Assembly (NCBI GenBank): GCA_965662845.1
Contig: CBFIJD010000005.1
Location: forward strand, 1 to 64,000
DNA: 64,000 nt
Source of the DNA: an uncultured bacterium
GTDB lineage: Bacteria > SAR324 > NAC60-12
Direction of reading: 5' to 3'
Part shown: positions 47,641 to 56,941 of the stretch, in pieces
How positions within the stretch are numbered: the first letter of the stretch is position 1
How the letters are laid out: the number at the start of each line of letters is the position of its first letter
The notes under the pieces: generated by a model
Told to the model about the DNA's origin: nothing
The model's database searches: none
What the model saw: only the letters and a program-made list of their open reading frames with translations
Program-made: the position numbers and the translations under genes

Positions 47641-47956
47641 CCAAGCAATCCCGTTCCGCGAGCGTGTGTTCGAGATTGTTCGACAGATCCCCGCAGGACA
47701 GGTCACGACCTACGGGCGCATCGCGCGGTTGTTAGGAGCGGGGACAGCGCGGATGGTCGGCATGGCGCTCGCGTCGCTGCCGCCTAACACACAGGTCCCT
47801 TGGCACCGCGTCATCAACGCACAAGGGCGCATCAGCCCACGAGGGATCGGCAATGACAGCGCTGAACAGCGCCGACTATTGGAGCAAGAGCAGGTGCGCT
47901 TTGACGCTAACGGGCGCACCGATTTGACAACCTATTTGTGGAGAGAAAGCGCATGA
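47633..47956 (+). CDS. alkyltransferase-like protein (ATL; MGMT DNA-binding domain without catalytic Cys)
   Basis: 'TYGRIARLLG' helix and 'PWHRVI' in place of the catalytic PCHRV motif. Confidence 0.8.
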   Translation: MPNQAIPFRERVFEIVRQIPAGQVTTYGRIARLLGAGTARMVGMALASLPPNTQVPWHRVINAQGRISPRGIGNDSAEQRRLLEQEQVRFDANGRTDLTTYLWRESA

Positions 47957-48585
47957 TGCCGCTGGGTTTGCTGGGGTGGAGCGAGTTGACCCCTGTTTTG
48001 GGCGAAGGCTGGCTGCAGGCTGGTCACGCCTTACACTGTAGCGCTCACGAAGAAGACGCCGCAGCGCTCCAAGCGTGGCGCAGCGAACGCTCAGAGATTT
48101 GCGTGGGCACCCACGCTGAGGTTGTCGCTCAAGCCGATGTCCTCGCCCTGTGCGCGCCGTGGAAGCAAGTCCAGAAGCTGCTGCGGAGCGTCGAGACGTG
48201 GCAAGGCAAACTGCTGATTGATGCCACCAATCCCCTGATAGAGAATTTGCGTTTAGAGGTGGGACACTCTCTCTCAGGATCAGAAGTTGTGGCAGAATTT
48301 GCCCGCGGGGCGACCGTGATCAAAGCGTTCAACGCGCTGGGAACAGAGGCGCTGCAGCGTCCAGACTTTGGCGACTTCCTAGCGGAGACTTACGTCTGTG
48401 GCGACCATGAGCAGGGCAAAGCCGTCGCCATGGACTTAGCGCGCGAGCTGGGACTCGCTGCGATTGACTGCGGAGGGCTCCAACGCGCCCGGTTGCTCGA
48501 ACCGCTAGCGCTGCTGCGTCACGAGCTGGCACACACCGACGGCTATGGCGCCGACTTAGTCTTTCGCCTGATGAAGCGAGCGTGA
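47938..48585 (+). CDS. NADP oxidoreductase, coenzyme F420-dependent family / Rossmann-fold NAD(P)-binding protein
   Basis: Fold-level recognition only (NADP_oxidored F420-dependent family). The N-terminus is not a clean Gly-rich motif. Confidence 0.55.
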   Translation: MERKRMMPLGLLGWSELTPVLGEGWLQAGHALHCSAHEEDAAALQAWRSERSEICVGTHAEVVAQADVLALCAPWKQVQKLLRSVETWQGKLLIDATNPLIENLRLEVGHSLSGSEVVAEFARGATVIKAFNALGTEALQRPDFGDFLAETYVCGDHEQGKAVAMDLARELGLAAIDCGGLQRARLLEPLALLRHELAHTDGYGADLVFRLMKRA

Positions 48586-48707
48586 AGCGTGTCGGCGTTG
48601 AATGTGGATGTGCTGCGCAGAGCCACCGCCGCTTCAGAGAGAGTCGTGTTGCAGCGGCAGATCAAGGTTGAGCCGGCCGCGCTCATCGCCGCTGAGGAGA
48701 GCTGCGC

Positions 48708-49670
48708 GTGAGTCAAAATCAAGGAAGGAGCGTGCGGCTGTTTCTGGTGGATGGAAACCCGGCAGGGCTGCTCACCGCCGAGATTATGAACTGGACGGGG
48801 CACGTGCTCGCGGGGCCTCGCTCGGAGCTGCCGAAGCTGCTGGCGCGGCCAGAGATGGAGCGCACCGGCGTCTATCTGCTCTATGGCGCCGACATCGAAG
48901 ACCCCGACCGCTCAATGCTCTACATTGGTGAGAGCGACCAAGTGAAGCAGCGCCTCAAGCAGCACAACCAGTCTGAGAGCAAGCCGTATTGGGAACGCAC
49001 GATCGTGATCACCAGCAAAGACCAGAACATCACGAAGGCCCACGCGCGCTATCTGGAAGCCCGCTTGATCACGCTTGCGCTGCGCGCCGGTCGCGCTCGC
49101 TTGGAGAACGCGATTACTCCAGACACGATCTCGTTGCCCGAAGCCGACCAGTCCGACATGGAGTTCTTCATTGAGCAGATTCAGCTGATCCTGCCTGTGT
49201 TGGGGCTCACGGTGATGCGCCCGTCTCCCACGGCTTCGCCAGAGCTGTACGCAAGCAAGACCAAAGCTGAAGCGCGGATGTCACCAATCTTTGAGCTGCA
49301 TCGCCAAAAAGATGAAATCTACGCGCAAGCCCGTGAGGTCGCAGGCGAATTTGTGGTGCTGAAGCACTCCCGAGCGGTCGCGAACTGGAAGCAAAACACG
49401 GGCGGCGCTCGCAGCTACGCCAAGCTGCACCGGCGCTTACGCGCAGAAAATCAACTCCAAGCCTCCCCAGGAGACGACCTCGCCGTGTTTGTAGAAGACG
49501 TGGTGTTCTCCAGCCCGAGCGCCGCCGCCGCCGTGATTTTGGGGAGAAGCGCCAATGGACTGACCGCGTGGAAGACCCACGGCGGGCAGCTGACGTACGG
49601 CGAATGGCAAGCGCAGCGCACCTTGGATACCGAGATGGTGGAAGAGGTCGATCTGTCGGGGGACGAGTGA
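48708..49670 (+). CDS. GIY-YIG nuclease domain protein with C-terminal DUF4357
   Basis: 'GVYLLYG...MLYIGESDQVKQRLKQH' GIY-YIG motifs; C-terminal 'FSSPSAAAAVILGRSANGLTAWK' is typical of DUF4357. Confidence 0.75.
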   Translation: MSQNQGRSVRLFLVDGNPAGLLTAEIMNWTGHVLAGPRSELPKLLARPEMERTGVYLLYGADIEDPDRSMLYIGESDQVKQRLKQHNQSESKPYWERTIVITSKDQNITKAHARYLEARLITLALRAGRARLENAITPDTISLPEADQSDMEFFIEQIQLILPVLGLTVMRPSPTASPELYASKTKAEARMSPIFELHRQKDEIYAQAREVAGEFVVLKHSRAVANWKQNTGGARSYAKLHRRLRAENQLQASPGDDLAVFVEDVVFSSPSAAAAVILGRSANGLTAWKTHGGQLTYGEWQAQRTLDTEMVEEVDLSGDE

Positions 49671-50005
49671 TGTGGATGGTGGCGCTGCTGTTGATCATGG
49701 GCGGGCTGATCTACGCCTATCGCTATGAGCTAGGCAACTTGCAGCGCGCCCCTCGCTGGCGCTGGAGACAGACGCTGCGGGTGGTTCCTGCCCAACTCGC
49801 TCGCGGTCTGAGGTGGGGAGCGCTGGTAGTCGTGCGGTCGCTGTTGTGGGTTGGTGGCAGTTTGAGCTTCTACTTTGGGACGGCGTTTTTGGCGATCAAC
49901 ATGATTTCCTTGACCATTCAGGCCTACCTGTTGTGTTTTGCCTGCATCTATCTGGGGACGCTACCGCAGTGGGGCGGTTGGCTGCGTTCCCGTGATTCTG
50001 AATAA
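49670..50005 (+). CDS. small 3-TM membrane protein, translationally coupled to the GIY-YIG gene
   Basis: TGATG stop/start overlap; hydrophobic segments 'MWMVALLLIMGGLIYAY', 'GALVVVRSLLWVGGSL', 'LTIQAYLLCFACIYL'. Confidence 0.5.
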   Translation: MWMVALLLIMGGLIYAYRYELGNLQRAPRWRWRQTLRVVPAQLARGLRWGALVVVRSLLWVGGSLSFYFGTAFLAINMISLTIQAYLLCFACIYLGTLPQWGGWLRSRDSE

Positions 50006-50023
50006 CCTTGAGTGAGAAGACCT

Positions 50024-50353
50024 ATGGAACAAGCCCTCGAAGAAGAACTGCTCGGCAAAATGACGGAAGCTCGCCGCTTGCTGGAGCAGGTGCAAATTGT
50101 CGTGAAGAGTTACTTAGAAGATTGGTATGAGCAGGAAGGCAAGCAGGCGGAGATCGAAGACTGGGATTTTGAAGATCGCCTGCTGGAAGTCGAAGATGAT
50201 TTGGCGCAGGCGCTAGCGCAGAACACGATTAGCCCGGAGTGGTTCCACAAGTTTTTGGAAGAGCACGCTTCTACCAAGCGCTATCTCTCTTCGATGGACT
50301 GGGAGGGCAACGCAGGAGACGCGGAGGCTGACACGGCCCCCTCGCACAGCTGA
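50024..50353 (+). CDS. small acidic cytoplasmic protein (hypothetical)
   Basis: ~110 aa, rich in E/D ('EIEDWDFEDRLLEVEDDLAQ'); 18 nt after the membrane protein gene. Confidence 0.45.
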   Translation: MEQALEEELLGKMTEARRLLEQVQIVVKSYLEDWYEQEGKQAEIEDWDFEDRLLEVEDDLAQALAQNTISPEWFHKFLEEHASTKRYLSSMDWEGNAGDAEADTAPSHS

Positions 50354-50354
50354 G

Positions 50355-50660
50355 TCACATCTCGCGCAAACTGCACATGAGCGGGAAGCCTTCTTCTTGC
50401 GCCATCTCGTGGGCTCGATCCACTTTGGTCTCGGCTTCCTGCATGCTGTATGTCCCGATCACCGCCATCCCCTGCTTGTGGGCCTGCCACATGATCTGCG
50501 TGGCGGCCTCTCGCCCCTTGTGAAAAACCTGCTCCAGCACAAACACCACAAACTCACGCGGCGTGAAGTCGTCGTTGTGCAGCAGCACTTGATATTGTTT
50601 GGGATGCTTGAGTTCTTCTTTCTTTTTGGTGGTCGGCTTAATGACCGTGTGCTGACTCAT
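50355..50660 (-). CDS. clpS: ATP-dependent Clp protease adaptor ClpS
   Basis: 'YQVLLHNDDFTPREFVVFVLEQVFHK...ATQIMWQAHKQGMAVIGTY' matches ClpS. Confidence 0.92.
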   Translation of the reverse strand: MSQHTVIKPTTKKKEELKHPKQYQVLLHNDDFTPREFVVFVLEQVFHKGREAATQIMWQAHKQGMAVIGTYSMQEAETKVDRAHEMAQEEGFPLMCSLREM

Positions 50661-51094
50661 ACGCTCTCGTTAGCAAGATGGAGTGAAGGCATGGACACCA
50701 GATTCGTCCCTAGTGTAGCAACCTCTCTGCCGCTGTAAATGCTCGGCTTGTTTCGCAGCGCGGCGACGAGAGCGCAATCGCTTGGGCGTGAAAGCTCAAC
50801 ACACCATGAGCCACAAACACGATCAGGACTCCAAACTCGTCTATTTCTACGGATCACGGGAAGGTGTGCCCGCAGCGCGGTCGACCGATCTCAAGCTGCG
50901 GGTGTCAGCGACAGAGCCAGGTCGTGGGTAGCGGACAGATCGCAGTGGGGCGCTCCACAAAAGGCAGGAGAAGCGCGGGCGCGACCACCCTCTCTCGGAG
51001 AGTGGCCGAAGAACCGCCGTCGTGTGGCCCCCTGAGCTGACGCAAGGACGCGCCATCAGGGGCTTGTGCGCGAGGCGCTCAGGCGGGTGGCAAT

Positions 51095-52411
51095 TTAGAA
51101 CTCAAATTCCATCATACGAAAGATGCGGTCTGCATTCTGGCGCGACAATTCACGGAAGGTGTCCAGATGAGCATAAGCTGATTGATCTATATTGTACGCT
51201 TCTTGTAGCCCCCCCATGTTCTCGATAATTTGGCCAATCTCGCTGCGCATGTACGCGATGTAATCGACCGTGTATTTCTTCACCTCGGCCATATTGGTCG
51301 GCCCGCCGTGCCCTGGAATCACAATCTCCGCTTCTAACGCCTCCAAGTTCTCCCAAGTTTCTAACCAACCTGCGGTGTCGGTGTCTTCAAACACAGGCAG
51401 CAGACGCTCGTGAAACGCGATGTCTCCGGTAATCACCAGCTTTTGCTTCGGCAGCCACAACAAGATGTCACCTGGGCCGTGCGCAGGGCCGATGTATTTG
51501 GCCTCAAAGCGCTCTCCTCCCAAATCAATCGCCCACTCCTCGGAGAAGACGATGTCGGGTTCGGTCAACTCCGTGCCCAAGGCTTTGTCACGTCGTCCGC
51601 GCTGCATGCGCTCCAGGATGTCTTCGCCCTGCTTCTTCATTTTGGCAGCAGCGAGCTCGTGCGCCACGATCTGTGCGCCCTGCTCTTGCCAATAGTGCGA
51701 CCCCAACATGGCGTGCCCTTGTGCGTTCTCCAGCACCACATATTTCACGGGTTGGTCTGTGACTTTGCGGATTTCCTCGTGTAGGGCTCGGGCGAGCAGG
51801 GCGTTGTCGCTCGCGTTCATGACCACGACGCCTTCGCTGGTCACAATAAAAGACAGGTTGTTGTTGTGCCCAGAGTTTTCGTAGCTTGGGGGCGCGGTGG
51901 CGCCGATTGCCGAGTATACGTTGTCAGTGACCTGCTGAGGCAGGCGATACAGGATAGAGTTGGGCGCATGATCTGGAACCTCGACGGGATTCCCCGCGTC
52001 GCGCCACTGAAAAAAGCCATCTTCGTAATTCGCGACATTTGTATAGCCCATGTCCATCAGGGTCTTGGCTGCCAGAGGACTGCGCTGGTTGACGCCACAA
52101 AACACCACGATCGGGTCTTCTTTGCTGCGGACGTTCTCTTCGATACGAAATTCCAACCAACCGCGAGGGATGTTGATGCTCTGGGCCGCGTCGATGGTTC
52201 CGCCAAGCGTGTTGATCTCATCGGCAGAGCGGACATCAATCACATACAAGTTCGGGTTCTCTTGTAAGCGGCGCTTCAGCTCAGCGGTGTTGATGTTCTC
52301 AATTTGCGGGTTGATTTGTTCTAGCAGCTCAGGGCCGCTGGGTTGGGTTTGCGCTTGTGGAGCCGTGACGAGAGTTGCCCACAACAAACTCGCGATGAAA
52401 AGACGTCGCAT
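51095..52411 (-). CDS. secreted rhodanese-domain / MBL-fold fusion protein
   Basis: Signal peptide; rhodanese domain with active-site region 'VVFCGVNQRS'; C-terminal MBL fold with atypical metal motif ('ENAQGHAMLGSH' instead of HxHxDH). Confidence 0.65.
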   Translation of the reverse strand: MRRLFIASLLWATLVTAPQAQTQPSGPELLEQINPQIENINTAELKRRLQENPNLYVIDVRSADEINTLGGTIDAAQSINIPRGWLEFRIEENVRSKEDPIVVFCGVNQRSPLAAKTLMDMGYTNVANYEDGFFQWRDAGNPVEVPDHAPNSILYRLPQQVTDNVYSAIGATAPPSYENSGHNNNLSFIVTSEGVVVMNASDNALLARALHEEIRKVTDQPVKYVVLENAQGHAMLGSHYWQEQGAQIVAHELAAAKMKKQGEDILERMQRGRRDKALGTELTEPDIVFSEEWAIDLGGERFEAKYIGPAHGPGDILLWLPKQKLVITGDIAFHERLLPVFEDTDTAGWLETWENLEALEAEIVIPGHGGPTNMAEVKKYTVDYIAYMRSEIGQIIENMGGLQEAYNIDQSAYAHLDTFRELSRQNADRIFRMMEFEF

Positions 52412-52629
52412 CAGTCCTCCCTAAATATTTGGATACTTGAGTAAATAGAAAAGCAGAGAAGTTGCCGTCGAACGTAAGAAAAGGAAAGAGATTTTTGCAA
52501 AGAGAGGAGGGGTGGCCGCTCGTCGCGACGGGCCAAGGCGCTCTGGGGAGAGCAAGGCGGAAGGAACACTTTTGCGGGTGAACGGGGAGGTGAGCAGGCA
52601 AGCTGGGCCGCCGAAGCGAGCCGGGGAGT

Positions 52630-54108
52630 TTATTTGGCCATTGGCAACGAGACGGTGAAGGTTGTGCCGCACCCCTCTTCGGACTCAAGGTCGATCCGGC
52701 CGTTGTGTTCCTCGACGATCCTGCGCACGATGGACATGCCCAGCCCTGTGCCTTTGCCCCGCTCTTTGGTGGTGAAAAAAGAGTCAAAGATCCGCTTCTT
52801 CACCGCGGGTGGCATCCCTGATCCTGTGTCTTGGACTGAGGCGCACAAGCTGTTTCCTTCCTGCCAAGTACGAATCGTCAGCTGTCGCTTCGGGGCGCCC
52901 TCCATGGCGTCGCGGGCGTTGTTGATCAGATTGGTAAAGACCTGCTCCAGTTGGCCGGGCTGTCCGAGCAAAGGGGGCAGCGCCTCATCAATCTCCGTCT
53001 GCAATTTGACATTGGACTGCTTCAACGTGTGCTGCACCATCAGCAGGGTGCTCTGCAAAATCTCATGGAGGTGGCACTCTTGCTTGGGGGCGCCGGCTTC
53101 GTTGCGGGAAAAGTTCCGAATTTGCTGCAACAGCGTCATGGACTTGTCCACAATGCGCATCATGTCGTTGAGCTTTCGCTTCAGCTGCTCGGGTTGCAGC
53201 GTCTGGATCTCTAGCATTTGCAGCTGCATCTCAATCTTCAAACGCAGCGCGGAGAGAGGCGATTTCATCTCATGCGCTAAGCTTGCCGAGACTTCGCCGA
53301 TGGAAGCCAGCTTAGCCGTGTGCAGCACGGCCTGCTGCGCCTGCTTCAGCTCGCGCAAATCTTCCAGCTGCACGACCACCGCTGACAGCTCACCGTCCTC
53401 GTCAAAGGAAGCGGTGACGCTCTCCCGCAAAGCGATCGGCTCTCTCTCGGAGTTGAGATAGATGCGCTCTTGCTGCAAGCGCTCGAATTTGTGCCGCATG
53501 AGCTGCATCATTTTGCGCTTAGCGTCGTTGCGGTGGGCATCTTCTAGCAACTCAAAGATCAGCACTCCTTCTAGGCTCTGTCGTTCGAGCAGCGTCTCGG
53601 CGGCCTCGTTCGCATAGGTCACGACCCCGTCGGCGTTCAACAAGAGCACGCCGTGATAGGCCTTCTCAATGGCGGCTTGCAGGCGCTGGTGTAGCTTTTG
53701 GTGGGAGTGTCGGGCTTCCAGCTGCGAAGTCACATCTTGGGCGATTCCTTTCACGAGGTGCACTTCTCCGTCTTCGCCGACCACGGGGTCAGCATAGAGC
53801 CGAAGCCAGCAGACGTCGCGCTCAGGGTGCAGCATCTGCACATCGCATTGCTGTAGGGTCATCGTCGCCTGCGCCTGCGTGAGCTGTTGTTGTAAGCGCT
53901 TGCGAAAGTGAGGATGGGTGAGCTGCTGCAAGCGCTCTAGGCTGGGGCTTCCCTCTTCTGCGATCCCCAAAATCGAGAACAACTCTGGGCTCCACTCCAT
54001 CGTTTGTGTGGTAGGGTGCAAGGTCCAAGGGGCGGAACGCGTCAGGCGATAGGTGCGCTGCAACCACTCTTCGGTCGCGAGGGGGGCGTCAGAACGTATG
54101 GAGTCCAT
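52630..54108 (-). CDS. PAS-domain sensor histidine kinase
   Basis: PAS repeats, H-box 'SLAHEMKSPLSAL', HATPase N/G boxes ('NLINNARDAM', 'DTGSGMP', 'GTGLGMSIV'). Confidence 0.9.
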   Translation of the reverse strand: MDSIRSDAPLATEEWLQRTYRLTRSAPWTLHPTTQTMEWSPELFSILGIAEEGSPSLERLQQLTHPHFRKRLQQQLTQAQATMTLQQCDVQMLHPERDVCWLRLYADPVVGEDGEVHLVKGIAQDVTSQLEARHSHQKLHQRLQAAIEKAYHGVLLLNADGVVTYANEAAETLLERQSLEGVLIFELLEDAHRNDAKRKMMQLMRHKFERLQQERIYLNSEREPIALRESVTASFDEDGELSAVVVQLEDLRELKQAQQAVLHTAKLASIGEVSASLAHEMKSPLSALRLKIEMQLQMLEIQTLQPEQLKRKLNDMMRIVDKSMTLLQQIRNFSRNEAGAPKQECHLHEILQSTLLMVQHTLKQSNVKLQTEIDEALPPLLGQPGQLEQVFTNLINNARDAMEGAPKRQLTIRTWQEGNSLCASVQDTGSGMPPAVKKRIFDSFFTTKERGKGTGLGMSIVRRIVEEHNGRIDLESEEGCGTTFTVSLPMAK

Positions 54109-54352
54109 GATTCTTCGAGAGACGATAATTCGGGGGAGTTTGGGTGGGCGGTGTCAGCGTCTGTGGTTCTGACAACCGGCAAATGTGCGCAGACCCTAAC
54201 AGATTCAACTTGCCGCTGTCTGCAAGATTTTCAGCGTTGGAGGAAAAATGCCTTGAACGCGGCCGACGCCAATCCGCTTGTTTGTTTGTGGTGACGTGAT
54301 AGAAAGCTGCATTTTTGTCACAAACTCAACTTCTCCTTGTCGACGATGCCTC

Positions 54353-56941
54353 ATGTCCTCTGCTGCTCCTACTTCTTACTCTTGGCTAGAACACCTGCCT
54401 GAAATCGCATTGATCCTCAATTCAAAGGCGGAGTTAATCGCGGCGAACTCCCGCCTGCACAAGCTGCGATGCACGGGGCAAAACTTTGGGTTTTTGCGGC
54501 CTCCGCACCCGACTCCGGCTGGGTGGCAGCACGTGCACAACGCTGAGGACCCAGCGCAGGCTTGGCGCGTTCGCTGGAAGGAGATGACGCTGCGAGATCA
54601 AACAGAAGGCTGGCTGATTCTGCTGCATCCACAAGAGGAAGCGATCGGCGCTGTGGAAGACGGCTCGCTCAAGCGGTTGCAGCTGGCCCAATCGGTCGCA
54701 GGCATTGGCACGTGGGAGCTTGACCTGCGCACCTATCAATTGAGCTGGGATGAGGTCTGTTTGAGGATTTATGGTCTGGAAGCCGGCGAGGTCTTAACGC
54801 AAGAAGAGTGGGCTCAGATGGTTCATCCTGATGACCTGCCCGAGATTTGGCGTTTGAACGAAGAAGCCATCCGCACACGGCAGCCGTATGCGCAGACTTA
54901 TCGCATCTTTAACAAGCAAGGGGCGCTGCGCTACACCGCAGTGAACGCGACCTATCAGTTTGAGGATCACGAGCCTGTGCGCATGCTCGGCATCTGTCGG
55001 GATGTGACCGAAGAGCTGGAGCAGCGACAAATCCTGCAATCTGCCCTCAAGGCTGCGAAAGCCGGCGTGTTTCAGTTTGACCTCGCGACACAGAAGGTGC
55101 GCTGGTCAGACGAGCTGTATGACATGATGGGCGTGCCGCGCGAGCGCGCAATCGACTTTGAGCTGTTCCAGCAGGTGACGCACCCCGATGATCATCCGGC
55201 CTTGCAGGCTGCCATCGAGAGATCCATACAAACCGGCGAACCCTACGAGATCATTCACCGCAACATTCGCTTGGATGGCAAAGAGATCGTATGCCGAGGA
55301 ACCGGTGTGCCCGTCTATAACGAGCAGGGGCAACCCACAGGACTGCTCGGGGTCGGACAAGAAATCACCCAGCTCGTCGCACAAGAAAAAGAGCTCAGTC
55401 GCCTAAATGCAGAGCTAGAGCAGCAGCTGCAATGGTTCCGATATAGCGCCAACAGCACGCGCCTCAGTCCATACCGCGTCAATGTGCAAACTCACCAAAT
55501 TCACTTCTTGGATATGTCTTATCGAGACATCCTCCCGATGACGTCGGACTATCCCCCAGAGTTGATCAAAGACTTTTGGCCGGTCTATCTCGTTGAGTGG
55601 ATACTCGCTGAAGACCGAGAGCAGTATCTCGCGTTGCTGCAAAACGCCCTCATTCGCGTGGAGTCTTACGACGTCACATACCGCGTTTGGAATGGCACAG
55701 CGCTGCGCTGGGTCCGTGATGTGGGCGCGCCCTATGAGACGGAAAACGGCGAGATTTACATCTTTGGTTCGCTGCAAGACGTGACCGACTTGGTGACCCT
55801 GCGTGAGAGCGTTGCTCAGCAAGAGGCCCGCTTCCGCGCCACGATCGAACAAGCGCCTTACGGCATGCTCTTCCTCCGCCCAGAAGGCCAAATTCTGTAT
55901 GCCAATCCGCCCGTACAACAGTGGCTGGGAGAAGAAGCTCTCCAAGGGCAACGCTTGCAACATCTGGTGCACCCAGCAGACGCCGCACAACTAGAGGAGA
56001 CGTTCCAGAACGTGTTGCGCAGCGATGTGGTGACCACGGAGTGTGAACTGCGGATGAGAGGGAGCGCGGAAGAGTGGCTGCCGCTACGCCTGAGTCTCTC
56101 CTCTGCGCACGACGACACGGGCGCGTTGACGTTCCTCATCGGGAGCCTGCAAGACCTCCGCGAACTCAAACTCACACAAGAAGCCCTGATGCAGTCCGCA
56201 AAGCTAGCCAGCTTGGGCGAAGCCGCTGCGAGCATCGCTCACGAACTCAAATCCCCGCTCGCCGCCATCCGGATGAAAGCCGAGATTCTGGGACAGTTGA
56301 CCTCGCTCCCGACGTTCAAGCCCGAGCACCTGCCTCAAAAGCTAGGAGAGATTGTCACCATCGTAGATCGGTCGCTCTCTGTCTTGCAGCAAATGCGAGA
56401 CTTCTCACGGAAAGAGAGCAGCGCCACGGAGGCAGACGAGCGGCAAGAAGTCTTCACGCTGTCAGAGTTGATGGAAGGGGTCATGTTGATCGCCGGTGGC
56501 ACGCTCCGACAAGCGGGGATTCAAGTGGTGCAGGACTTCCCGAAGGAGCTGTCGCCTCTCATTGGCAACCGAACCAAGCTCGAACAAGTGTTTGTGAACC
56601 TCTGCAACAACGCCCGCGATGCGATGGAAGAGAGCGAACAGCGGCTGTTGAAGCTACAGGCGGTCCAGCACAGGGACATGGTTCAGCTGCAATTGAGCGA
56701 CACCGGGTGCGGGATGCCTCCCGAAGTGCTCGCCAATCTCTTTCGGGCGTTCTTCACCACCAAAGCGCGCGGCAAGGGCACAGGGCTTGGGACTTCCATC
56801 ATCAAACGCATTGTCGAAGAGCACGGCGGACGAATCACGGTCGAGAGTGAGGTCAACGTGGGCACGACCTTCACGCTCACTCTGCCTGGTGTCCCTGAGG
56901 AACCTCAACAGCGCGCGCCTGCTCCGTCTGCTGCCGACTGA
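54353..56941 (+). CDS. multi-PAS sensor histidine kinase
   Basis: Several PAS/PAC modules, then H-box 'SIAHELKSPLAAI' and HATPase ('NLCNNARDAM', 'DTGCGMP', 'GTGLGTSII'); ORF from 54278. Confidence 0.9.
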   Translation: MSSAAPTSYSWLEHLPEIALILNSKAELIAANSRLHKLRCTGQNFGFLRPPHPTPAGWQHVHNAEDPAQAWRVRWKEMTLRDQTEGWLILLHPQEEAIGAVEDGSLKRLQLAQSVAGIGTWELDLRTYQLSWDEVCLRIYGLEAGEVLTQEEWAQMVHPDDLPEIWRLNEEAIRTRQPYAQTYRIFNKQGALRYTAVNATYQFEDHEPVRMLGICRDVTEELEQRQILQSALKAAKAGVFQFDLATQKVRWSDELYDMMGVPRERAIDFELFQQVTHPDDHPALQAAIERSIQTGEPYEIIHRNIRLDGKEIVCRGTGVPVYNEQGQPTGLLGVGQEITQLVAQEKELSRLNAELEQQLQWFRYSANSTRLSPYRVNVQTHQIHFLDMSYRDILPMTSDYPPELIKDFWPVYLVEWILAEDREQYLALLQNALIRVESYDVTYRVWNGTALRWVRDVGAPYETENGEIYIFGSLQDVTDLVTLRESVAQQEARFRATIEQAPYGMLFLRPEGQILYANPPVQQWLGEEALQGQRLQHLVHPADAAQLEETFQNVLRSDVVTTECELRMRGSAEEWLPLRLSLSSAHDDTGALTFLIGSLQDLRELKLTQEALMQSAKLASLGEAAASIAHELKSPLAAIRMKAEILGQLTSLPTFKPEHLPQKLGEIVTIVDRSLSVLQQMRDFSRKESSATEADERQEVFTLSELMEGVMLIAGGTLRQAGIQVVQDFPKELSPLIGNRTKLEQVFVNLCNNARDAMEESEQRLLKLQAVQHRDMVQLQLSDTGCGMPPEVLANLFRAFFTTKARGKGTGLGTSIIKRIVEEHGGRITVESEVNVGTTFTLTLPGVPEEPQQRAPAPSAAD

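Noticed and set aside
52411-52630. GC-rich imperfect hairpin (GGCCGCTCGTCGCGACGGGCC) between a PAS kinase and the rhodanese-MBL gene, as a terminator or REP element.
   Set aside because: The stem is imperfect, there is no U-tract, and I saw no other copies in the window.
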